Shown one piece after another: positions 53,007-64,000 of a DNA stretch of 64,000 nucleotides. Source of the DNA: Octopus vulgaris (taxonomy: Eukaryota); assembly GCA_951406725.2 (NCBI GenBank), contig OX597826.1:12276001-12340000 (forward strand), given 5' to 3'. Made by a program: the position numbers and the translations under genes. Numbering within the stretch: position 1 is the first letter of the stretch; the number at the start of each line of letters is the position of its first letter. The notes beneath the pieces are model-generated. The model saw nothing but the letters and a program-made list of their open reading frames with translations, was not told where the DNA came from and did not search any database.

Positions 53007-54077
53007 AGTTCGTGCTGCCATTTCTTAAATGGCTTGCAAACACTTTCCACGCTGCAATTGCTTTCGTTTCAGCACACGATCTCAGATTAAATCAATTGCT
53101 ATGCAAGTACATCTCCGTAAAATTAAGAATGAAAATAATCAACTACGGAAGCGAAAGAAGTACACTTCAATAAGAATTCTAAATCAGAAACTAAACCGGA
53201 AATATGTAACACCATTAGAAAAAACAGCTTCCTCTTTGTGCACTATCCCGGAACAGATGTGTTTAATAACGCTAGAAATGAAATACATACTATATACGAA
53301 CTTCTTCCACAATGGTAAGTGACATTCGCTTAATAATCTATCGCATTTATTTTAGATGGGCATTAGACCTATAAGGTCAAGATATTTATAAATTATAGCT
53401 GTCTCCAATCTGAAATTGCACTCCTTTCCTGCAACAATAGATGCTTACTCGTAATAGATACTGTCACATTTATTAACAGTGATATTAAATAAATAAAATA
53501 GTTACCAAATTGGGATGTAATGAGAAAGAAAGAACGAAAAATAAAAGAGAAATTGGAACATTTTGAAGAAACAAAAAGTCAATATTACAAAATAAAGGAG
53601 GTGACTCTGGCACTAAAGTACAACTGACCAAGATATCAAACTGACATCTGTGTGTCATTAACCACTCCCTTGCTTCAGGGGAATATAAGATAACTTATTT
53701 GTGATGAAAACAAGTAAGGGAAAGTTCCTGAGACTTTTGAAATGTTGTCAGTAACTGAATCTCAATGGCTTGAGTAAAATTCATTCAGTGGCAAACTAAA
53801 AATTCGTCAAAAAGATTGCATGGAAAATATGACACTGTCAATAGATAACTGTCTTAAGAAAGAGTAGCAATTGTTTTTGTATAAAAGCACACACAGACGC
53901 GCAAAAACAAAAATAAATAAAATAAGAACCACACAACAAATAACAAATCATGCCTCTTCTTCGAAGCAAGCATTTTCGCACACAAAATCACTTGGCAAGC
54001 TAATGGAACTTCGATATATACACATAACTATATTTAGACGTTGCATATATACATACATATACGCACATGCAGTTACG

Positions 54078-54143
<66 letters not shown>

Positions 54144-54151
54144 TATACATG

Positions 54152-54184
<33 letters not shown>

Positions 54185-54349
54185 GTATATACATACATGT
54201 ATATATGTATATATATTAATGTATATATATATTTATTGAGGTACGTGTTCTGCCTTGGTGTTTAATTTATCCTCTTATATGATATAATATAATTATATAT
54301 ATATATATATATATATACATATATACATCAATATATACATATATACATC

Positions 54350-54401
<52 letters not shown>

Positions 54402-54477
54402 AGATACTTTTTCTGCCTTGGTGGTTTAATTTATCCTCTTATATGATATAATATAATTTTATATATATATAATGTTT

Positions 54478-54537
<60 letters not shown>

Positions 54538-54554
54538 TGTATATATATATATAT

Positions 54555-54757
54555 AAGGCAAGTAAGAAAACGGAGAGGATAAACAATGGACTAATAGCCA
54601 GTAAACATTCAATTACATCTATTTATCAATTGATTACAAACATATGTGTAAGTAGTTCAAGTAAACGAATGAAATATGCCAATAAATAGATATTGTTGAA
54701 TGTTTAATGGCTGATGTTTTTCGATTGTTTATTCTCTCCATTTTCGTATTTGTTTTA
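54555..54757. mobile_element. Fold-back element beside (TA)n
   Basis: ggagaggataaacaat..aaacattcaa..atctatttat is mirrored by ataaatagat..ttgaatgttt..attgtttattctctcc. Confidence 0.6.
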
Positions 54758-55238
54758 TAAATCGTGGGTAAAATTTTAATTTGCCCCCATCCATCCATAC
54801 TTAGTATCCAATTGCTAAATTGCCATGCAATACTAAGCACTTGGTTATAATACGTAAGTACGCATCCAGTTGTACATTGGATATTAATATCCCTTAGATG
54901 GTTTCTTAACCTCTGATGCATACAAAAGCGCCCGCGCACACACACACACAAACACAAATATATACATACATATATAGTAATTCATAAATACTATGTGTAT
55001 ATTTAGCTGGAGTTTTTGATAGTTTTTGAGGGTATCGGCACTTCAAGCATGCTTTGTGAGTGGATTTAGTAGACGGAAACTGAAAGAAGCCCGTCAATAC
55101 TCGTTCTGTATTGGTTTTCATTTTTCCTCTAATATATAAATCAAGCTTTAGCTGTGGTCTTGGAACCTAACGGTCGACCAGCTGTAGCTCTTACTCAGCG
55201 TACATGCTCGTTTAGATCACAAGTGAACTAAACCCCTC

Positions 55239-55290
<52 letters not shown>

Positions 55291-55558
55291 GATACATACA
55301 TAGATACATACATAGATACATATATATATATACATACATATATATAACATATTTATTGTTATTTTAATGTTAATATTTCTATTATATGTAATTTTCCAGA
55401 TGGTGTAATTTAATTGTTCATTTTGAATTGCTAAAAGGTGTTTTTTTTCTAATTTTTATATATATATTATATTGTGTGAAATTTGATTTAGTACTTCTAA
55501 ATTGAATTTGTTTTCCTTGTAAGTTTTGGATTTTATTCCCTCAAATATTAATAATTAC

Positions 55559-55601
<43 letters not shown>

Positions 55602-55679
55602 CTCTTATAATCATAAAAATCTATTTAAATCTGAAGACTTACATTCAAATTATTTATGAATTGTTATAATGAGAATATT

Positions 55680-56651
55680 TAATATTTAGTAAGAACCCTA
55701 TTAGGCATGTTACTGACGAATACTCTCTTGAGGAATTTCTTGTCAAGTTTCATGCAGTAATCTCAAAAGATTTGGCTTTGAAGATGCTTTCTTGTTCTTT
55801 GTAAGGAAGTGTTCTGTCCATTATGTCCCAGAGGTGTTCAATAGGGTCCAAAACTGGTGACTGGCTTGGCCACGGAAAATTTTTAATGACATTCTCATCC
55901 AAAAATCTCATGTGACAAGGGCCTCCATCTTGCACACAATTAAATAGTCTTCTTTAATCATTTCACCACTGGAAAAGATTGGAAGGACCCCTTTCTGCAA
56001 TATGGACTCAAATTTATCTGAGTTTATGTTTCCCTCACACTCCACTAGTTCTGATAAACTATTGCTCCAAATTGCTCCCCTGACCATCTCAGAATAGCTT
56101 CCGTGTTTCACTGTTGGCTGCAAACTTTTAACATCAAATTTTTGATCACTGAGTCTCTAGACACACGTTCAACCACTGTCAGGAAATACAGCAGTTCAGG
56201 ACTAATCAGAGAATATGACAGTGTCCCAAAAATGCTAGTGGCCTCTCCACCATCTCACTGCGCAATCTTTTCTCTGCTTGATGTTGGCTAGCCGAAGAAG
56301 ATGTTTCCTCTGTGCTGCTCTGCCATAGTAACCAAGTTTGTGGAGATACCGGAAAGCAGCTCTGCGACTGACATCAACTTCTGCTATGTCAGAGGCCTCG
56401 CAACGAGAATTATCCTCCACACTTCTCTTAACAAAGAGACGGGTTATGTCACAGGGCCCCGGTTGATCTGCGCAAGGTGATGTGAATGTCTTCCCCTCTC
56501 TGGTGAATTGCACAAACACTCTATTAATTGTAGAAAGCGATGTCCCAAGGTTTTCAGCGATTTTAAGCTTACTATATCCACCAGCAGAATGACCCACAAT
56601 ACGGCCTCTTTGAAATTCAGACAGTTCCAAGACTTCTTTTGTATATGGCAT
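55680..56651 (-). pseudogene. Tc1-family (DD34E-type) transposase pseudogene
   Basis: LSEFQRGRIVG HTH; IFSD*S; PTVKHG; QDGGPCH; WPSQSPVLDPIEHLWD; frameshifts and stops. The element likely spans about 55600-56782. Confidence 0.9.
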
Positions 56652-56814
56652 GATTAAATAGACACATATAGGACCTGAAATATGAAAATGTCAATTAATA
56701 AAAAACAAAAACCTTTACAAGTTAGAATAAATATTAAACGATGAATTTATGGAGTGTTTATTTACTCCTGTCATGATTGTGTATGTGTGTGTATATATAT
56801 ATATGTATGTATGC

Positions 56815-56845
<31 letters not shown>

Positions 56846-56876
56846 TATATTAAATTAGAGAAAAACCACTAAATTA

Positions 56877-56934
<58 letters not shown>

Positions 56935-56960
56935 TCTTCCCTTCACTAAATATATATATA

Positions 56961-57016
<56 letters not shown>

Positions 57017-57027
57017 AGTGGTTTTGT

Positions 57028-57135
<108 letters not shown>

Positions 57136-57285
57136 TATGAATATATGTATACGTATGTATCTATACATACATACGTACGTACATATATATAATCCTTTTC
57201 TTCTTCTTCACTCTCCCTTCCCCTCTTTTTCTTTAGCACTGGTTCCAAATACAAAAGCACACACACACACACACACACACACATG

Positions 57286-57322
<37 letters not shown>

Positions 57323-57602
57323 TTTCTCCTCATCCATCACCCTCTTGTACTGTCTTATATCCCTCCCCACCACTACACATTCAATAACACTATAAAATGG
57401 TCAAAACGTTTCACACAGGAACTTAATTCGATTTGAAAACCCCGCTAGAATGGTAGAAAGCCCTAATACATGATCTAAGTTATATGATGTATAAAAACCT
57501 GTAATATACAAATAAATATCTGTAAATATAAAACCATCCGAATTTCTGAGTACCGAATTTCTTCTAATATAAAATACCTGTACATCATCTCCAAACCTCC
57601 CA

Positions 57603-57643
<41 letters not shown>

Positions 57644-57770
57644 TACGTATGAATGTATAGGAGCAGACATTCAAGATTCAGGAATATCTGAGGCATGTAA
57701 TAATATATATAAATCCATATTACAAGACACTTGCATAAGGGTTCTGGTTCTCGGATCAAATTCCCTCACA

Positions 57771-57803
57771 CATGCTGACGATGCGAACTTCAGAAACGCA
57801 CAA
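57771..57803 (+). ncRNA. Degenerate minimal HHR
   Basis: tg-CTGACGA-tg-cgaactt-ca-GAAAC-GCA-ca (U16.1 changed to C). Confidence 0.4.
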
Positions 57804-57813
57804 ATGTACATAT

Positions 57814-57869
<56 letters not shown>

Positions 57870-58445
57870 GATAGATAGAGGGAGAGAGAGAGAGAGATAG
57901 GTAGATAGCTAGCTAGATACATAGATACACATATGCATGTATATATGTATAAGTGTACGTGTGTGAGTATGTATTTGTATGTATGTGTGTGTATACAAAT
58001 ATCTGAATGTGTGTGAGCAAGGTTTGTACCGTCAAACCAACCTCCGCCTATTGTAATTCATGAATGAATAGCTACTTTACAGGCTGTAGATGTCTGAAAG
58101 CTTTTAATGTCTAATATAAAATCGTTATTTTAAATTTTCTTTGTAATAATCTATTTTATGGTTCAAATTTAAATTACATCGATAAGCATTTTTATGGATA
58201 CGTCGACAAATTTTATGCGTACGCATATATATATATGTGTTTGCTTGTGTGTGTGTATGTGTACGTGTGTGATGTGCATATGTGTTGAAAGAAACACGCA
58301 CTTATAGGTATTAAGACAGTGAGATAACACTCAAGAAATACTACAAATGACAACACATTTTATCTGCAATTACATTTCAATGAAATCTATAATATATGAC
58401 ATATGTGTATGCAAGTCTGTATGGTTTGATGTCTATGCGCATACA

Positions 58446-58511
<66 letters not shown>

Positions 58512-58520
58512 CATACATAT

Positions 58521-58599
<79 letters not shown>

Positions 58600-58612
58600 C
58601 ATACACACATAT

Positions 58613-58659
<47 letters not shown>

Positions 58660-58832
58660 CATATATACATACATACAGATATACACACATATGTGTATAA
58701 TCATACACACACATATATATATATTAATATATATATTCATATACATGCATATATGCATATACATATTCAAACATATGCACACACATACACGCGCACACAC
58801 GCATATGCACACACAGATATATGTATATATAT

Positions 58833-58883
<51 letters not shown>

Positions 58884-59659
58884 CATATGTATTTGAGTAG
58901 GTCTACAGGCAGACACTGAAACAGCCATCCAAACATTCACACGTATATGATTATAATCATGACTATTCACTTTCATGAATATGTGTCTATATGTTAATAT
59001 GTTATTTTTTTTCTGTGTCCCCGTCTCAGTGTATGAGTATTTGTATGTGTATGCGCGTATAATTTTAAGTAGATTCTTATATGCACGTATATTGTGTCAT
59101 ATATAGATCTACAATACTGCGTATCGACTCATCTAAACACATATTCTCTAATATATGGCAACACCTATATCTTGCTTCGTTGCAGACATTGCTATATTAA
59201 TATACACACATATACACACACATTCACAAAGCGTCTGTATGTATGTTTGTGTGAAAGTTTGCCTGTGTGTTTGTGCACGTGCTATCAATTTTTTCAGGGA
59301 TGGATGAGCAGTGACCATAACTGTTTGCCAGTCTCCGAGACGGCTGATATCGACCCATGTTAAGATATTTTAGTTGAACAACTAAGAGTTAAAATTTGCT
59401 GTAAAACAATATGAGCAACGAGATGTGGAGAATTTTACAGGTTTTTTGTGTTTTTTTTTGTTTTTTTTTTTTTTAAGAGTATCTACTGTGCAGAGTGATT
59501 TCCTTGTTAAATCTAGGAGTGAAGGAGCTGGGGTACCGCAATGAGGCAACCTGAGTCGTAGAGGATTACAGGGAATTAGCTGAGAAGAGCAGATAGTTAT
59601 GTGTGCGTGTGTGCGAGACTGAGCGGGTCTCCGTAATTGTCTCTATGTACTCTTTTCCT

Positions 59660-60105
59660 CTTACTCTTTTCCTCTTACTCTTTTACTCTATTACATGTTC
59701 CAGTCATTTGACTGCGGCCATGCTGGAGCACCGCCTTTGTGGTCGAGAAAATCGCCCCCAGAGCTTATTCTTTGTAAGCCTAGTACTTATTCTATCGGGC
59801 TATTTTGCCGAACCGCTAGATAACGGGGACCTAAACACACCAGCATCGGTTGTCAAGCGATGTTGGGGTGACAAACGCAGATACACAACATATACACACA
59901 CATACATACATATGTATATATATATATATATATACATATATACGGGAGGTTTCTTTCAGTTTCCATCTACCAAATCTACTCACAAGTGTTTGGTCGGCCC
60001 GAGGATATAGTAGAAGACACTTGCCCAAGGTTCCACGCAGTGGGACTGAACCCAGAACCATATGGTTGGTAAGCAAGCCACTTGCCACACAGTCACTCCT
60101 GCGCC
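59660..60105 (-). mobile_element. SINE family A
   Basis: Reverse-complement match, head ends ctcctgcgcc. Confidence 0.9.
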
Positions 60106-60401
60106 TATGTGTATGATATGCATGTGATTTTTTATGTGTGTATATGATGGTAGCAAGTAGCGTGTTTACATATGCAGGATTACTATGTGGGATTGTGTGC
60201 CAGCACTAACCAACTTGATATATTTTACCAACATCTGTACGTCATTGCCTGAAAATGTCCGATACCAACATTGGGAAACATTCTAGCTGACAATTCGTGT
60301 TGGGTTAGTGCAACAAATGGTAAAAGCAATGCATTGGTTATACCTTTTGATAAAGTAACTTTACAGCATCAACTGACAATATCTATACCTAATACTGCAT
60401 T

Positions 60402-60597
60402 GAGCTGGCAGAAACGTTAGCACGCCGGGCGAAATGCGTAGCCGTATTTCGTCTGCCGTTACGTTCTGAGTTCAAATTCCGCCGAGGTCGACTTTGCCTT
60501 TCATCCTTTTGGTATCGATAAATAAAGTACCAGTTACGCACTTTGTCTGTCTTTGTTTGTCCTCTCTATGTTTAGCCCCTTGTGGGCAATAAAGAAA
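60402..60597 (+). mobile_element. SINE C monomer
   Basis: gagctggcagaaacgttagcacgccgggcg..tgtgggcaataaagaaat. Confidence 0.9.
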
Positions 60598-60821
60598 TAT
60601 ATAACAGAGAGATAAGTGAGATTGCACAGCCATCAGGGCGTATTCTAGCTACTCATGTAGAAGTGTGTAATCTCCTCGCAATGGGAATATATCTTTTTGT
60701 TTTCTATTTCAATGCATTTAGACGCATCAGAATAACATAGACTATATTGTTGCATTTAGCACTATGCAGCTTCGCACGGATTCTTAATGCATCGTGTTAT
60801 TTTGCTAAGAAGATCGCTGCT

Positions 60822-61025
60822 CTATATCATCGAATTGACCATGAAGGTCGAACACAGATAAAGGTAGCTGCGGACTGGACAGAGACATATATGTGTATGA
60901 AAACGATAAAGATGGAAAGAATTGGAGGGACACCGTCACCCGCCGCCCGCGATAACCCTTCGAAATCACGGTTCAATTTAAATCAATATACATCAAAATT
61001 ATAATCACAAAAATTCAAAAATTAC
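60822..61025 (+). repeat. Unclassified interspersed repeat, copy 2
   Basis: Matches 10860-11080 in inverse orientation. Confidence 0.8.
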
Positions 61026-62062
61026 AATTACAAATTACAAAAATATATTTTTCATTAATCTTCGTCTTCCTCATCAAGAAGATCGCTACTCACCACACCG
61101 CAGTCAAAATGTTCTTCCTGGGGTAAAAAAGAAAAACAAAGGAAATAGATAAAAAAAAACCAGTGGTCTTTTGCTAAAGGATAGGCAAATGTCAGTATGA
61201 GAGATAACTCCCCTTCCTCTTATCTAGCTATTCATTTATTTCCCAATCAAATTGCATTAACATAACATTTTGCACTTACTCTTTGAAAATTCAAAACACT
61301 TGTAACAAGAATATAAAAGGAAGATAAATATGATGGAAATATAGAGAAAAGTGGGGGAAAGATAACGAAATAAACGGAATGTGAAAATAAATAGATATTA
61401 AATTTCCAAAACAGAAATTACTGACTTTGATCTCAATATTCATTCTAACTCGGTTTACTTGCTCTGACAAACGCATACATAGTTGAGTATAAACACGCAC
61501 AAAGAACAAACACTGTATGTTCTCACATGATATCGTGAGTTGAAAAACATTGATCATTTGAGATTAGCCAAGCAACGTAAACAAAAACTCCCTCTAAGCG
61601 CGTTTTGAAAGTCTAAAAATATCAAGCTAGATAACGAGCAGTTGATCAGAATTTTGAACAATAGAGATAATACAGACAGGAGTGGATCTGCTTTTTAAAA
61701 CCAGCTGGGGGAAAACAACGGGTTTGTTTAGGAAGAATTAAGTGTCTTCAGCGAAGACAATGTTCTGTCTGTTTGGAAATGCAAAGACCGATCAGTACAA
61801 ATGCAAACAGACAGGATGTAATTGTACAGATGATAGATATTAAAAACAGGGTCGATGGATATAATTCAGGATTATGTTTTAAATAGTAAAATACAAACAT
61901 ACTAATGGATCTTTAAAAAAATTTATATAATAATTATCTGGAAAAAATTCAGACAAGGTTTTCAAGGAAATGAGTACAACAAAATTATACTGAAATATCG
62001 TTTGCATTAGGAGAGAAACTGGAAACTAAAATAGAATTAAAAAATTCAAAACAAAACAGATA

Positions 62063-62225
62063 GGCGCAGGAGTGGCTGTGTGGTTAGTAGCTTGTTTACC
62101 AACCACATGGTTCCGGGTTCAGTCCCACTGCGTGGCATCTTGGGCAAGTGTCTTCTGCTGTAGCCTCGGGCCGACCAAAGACTTGTGAGTGAACTTGGTA
62201 GACGGAAACTGAAAGAAGCCTGTCG

Positions 62226-62274
<49 letters not shown>

Positions 62275-62476
62275 GTGTGTGTGTTTGTCCCCCTAGCATT
62301 GCTTGACAACCGATGCTGGTGTGTTTACGTCCCCATCACTTAGCGGTTCGGCAAAAAGAGACCGATAGAATAAGTACTGGGCTTACAAAGAATAAGTTCC
62401 GGGGTCGATTTGCTCGACTAAAGGCGGTGCTCCAGCATGTCCGCAGTCAAATGACTGAAACAAGCAAAAGAGTAAA

Positions 62477-62533
<57 letters not shown>
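62063..62533 (+). mobile_element. SINE family A with (AG)n tail and ~138-bp flanking duplication
   Basis: 61925-62062 is repeated at 62534-62676. Confidence 0.93.
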
Positions 62534-62537
<4 letters not shown>

Positions 62538-62845
62538 AATAATTATCTGGAAAAAATTCAGACAAGGTTTTCAAGGAAATGAGTACAACAAAATTATACT
62601 GAAATATCGTTTGCATTAGGAGAGAAACTGGAGACTAAAATAGAATTAAAAAATCCAAAACAAAACAAAACAGATAAAGAAACAAAAACAAGGATTATAC
62701 CGAACTGATTCGTTAAAAGAAACTTTGGAATCAGATAGATAACTCAACTTTGTGGGTATCTAGAATGCCAGTAGGGAAATACAACGACAATTTCAGATTT
62801 CTAATTTCAGCATGAAATTCCGATCACTGTTCATGCTGAAAAACA

Positions 62846-63127
62846 TTGAAATATGTTCAGATTAGACGAAGGAAATGGAGATGGGTCGGACACACACTGC
62901 GGAAAGAACCCTCAAATGTGACACGACAAGCACTTGACTGGAACCCGCAGGGGAAAAGGAAGCGAGGACGCCCGAAGAAGACATGGAAGCGGAGCATTTT
63001 GGACGAGCTCAGGAGCACCGGCCTGACATGGGAAGCAGCCAAGAAACATGCCAATGACCGCAAAAAGTGGAAAACAACTGTTGGGGTCCTAAGCTCCACA
63101 AGGGGCAAAAAGGATTAAGAAGAAGAA
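62846..63127 (+). pseudogene. RTE-clade LINE 3' fragment
   Basis: IRRRKWRWVGHTLRK..ALDWNPQGKRKRGRPKKTW..TWEAAKKHANDRKKW, stop, then (aga)n tail. Confidence 0.92.
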
Positions 63128-63209
63128 CTATTGTACTCCAGTGGTAACAGAAAGAGTGATAAATACATAGGAAGTCCTTTCGGATTTGAGCTGACAATGA
63201 GAATTAGTA

Positions 63210-63415
63210 TTAAATTTTGGCACAAGGCCAGCAATTTCGCGGTGGTGGGTAAGTTAATTGCAGCGATCCCAGTACTCAAAATGTACTTCTTTGGCCAACT
63301 CCTAAAAGATGAAAGGCAAAATCGACTTCGGTGGAATTTGAACTCAGAATGTAGGGACGGACGAAATGCTGTAAAGCATATTACCCGGCATCTTAACGAT
63401 TCTGCCACTTCGCTG
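63210..63415 (-). mobile_element. SINE C with tail 2, degenerate
   Basis: gatgaaaggcaaaatcgacttcggtggaatttgaactcag. Confidence 0.8.
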
Positions 63416-63779
63416 TCTTTCTGACAATGAATGTTAACACTACACTTCAGGAGACAATAACTCGTACTGAATACCAGAAATGAATATGACGTGGATGCAG
63501 CGAAGCCGATTGTGAGTATCAAAAATATGAGTGACGAAAAACATATCCCCACAGAACGTTCTATATCAGAAATACCAGTCGTGCAGGAACTCGCACATGT
63601 AATGTAGAGAGGATAGTATGTTGAAATACTGCAAACAACTGAGATTATCCAAGTAATTAATCCATACATATAATTATACATACGTATGTATTCATCAACA
63701 TATATACATACGTTAAATTCAAATTACGATGAACGTAAACAAACGAAGTTTGCTTTAGAAGCATTAAGGTGTGTTAGAA

Positions 63780-63916
63780 AGTTAAAGAAGTGATTTTAAA
63801 TTCTCAAACGGAGGATAATGCTAATAATATAGCCTGAAATAGGGGTAGCTTATCCTGTTCAGGCTATATTATTAGCATTATCCTGCGTTTGAGAATTTAA
63901 AATCACTTCTTTAACT
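63780..63916. repeat. Near-perfect 137-bp palindrome
   Basis: agttaaagaagtgattttaaattctcaaacg..atagcctgaa / ttcaggctat..cgtttgagaatttaaaatcacttctttaact. Confidence 0.9.
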
Positions 63917-64000
63917 ATATATACATACATTTGAATTCATAAATATTTAAATATATTTTATTGTGTGTGTATGGATATAAGTATGTATACATACATGTAC

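Overview
AT-rich, microsatellite-dense animal genomic DNA. The SINE families and repeat mix strongly resemble a cephalopod, probably Octopus (inference from recognising the repeats, no database search). I find no confidently intact protein-coding gene; almost all ORF-track entries are translations of (TA)n/(TG)n/(ATGT)n/(AAT)n repeats or SINEs. The window holds about 30 tRNA-derived SINE copies from about 4 modular families (labelled A-D here), decayed transposase genes (maT/DD37D, hAT, Tc1), MITEs, two non-autonomous Helitrons, R4/Dong-type and RTE LINE fragments, a Penelope RT/GIY-YIG fragment and a probable solo LTR. The most notable signal is about 14 hammerhead-ribozyme (HHR)-like motifs from several unrelated Penelope-like mini-element families. 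They include structurally complete minimal HHRs with all of C3-G8, U3-A8 and G3-C8 core pairings, HHRs with long or branched stem II inserts, recurring inverted-repeat/HHR fold-back units, and a 551-bp insertion with a TATA/Inr promoter upstream of two HHR-like motifs. Other points: a SINE with a ~138-bp target duplication, TSD-bounded SINE dimers, a MITE carrying TTAGGG repeats, and a weak promoter/exon candidate. Coordinates were counted by hand; ends of decayed elements are approximate.
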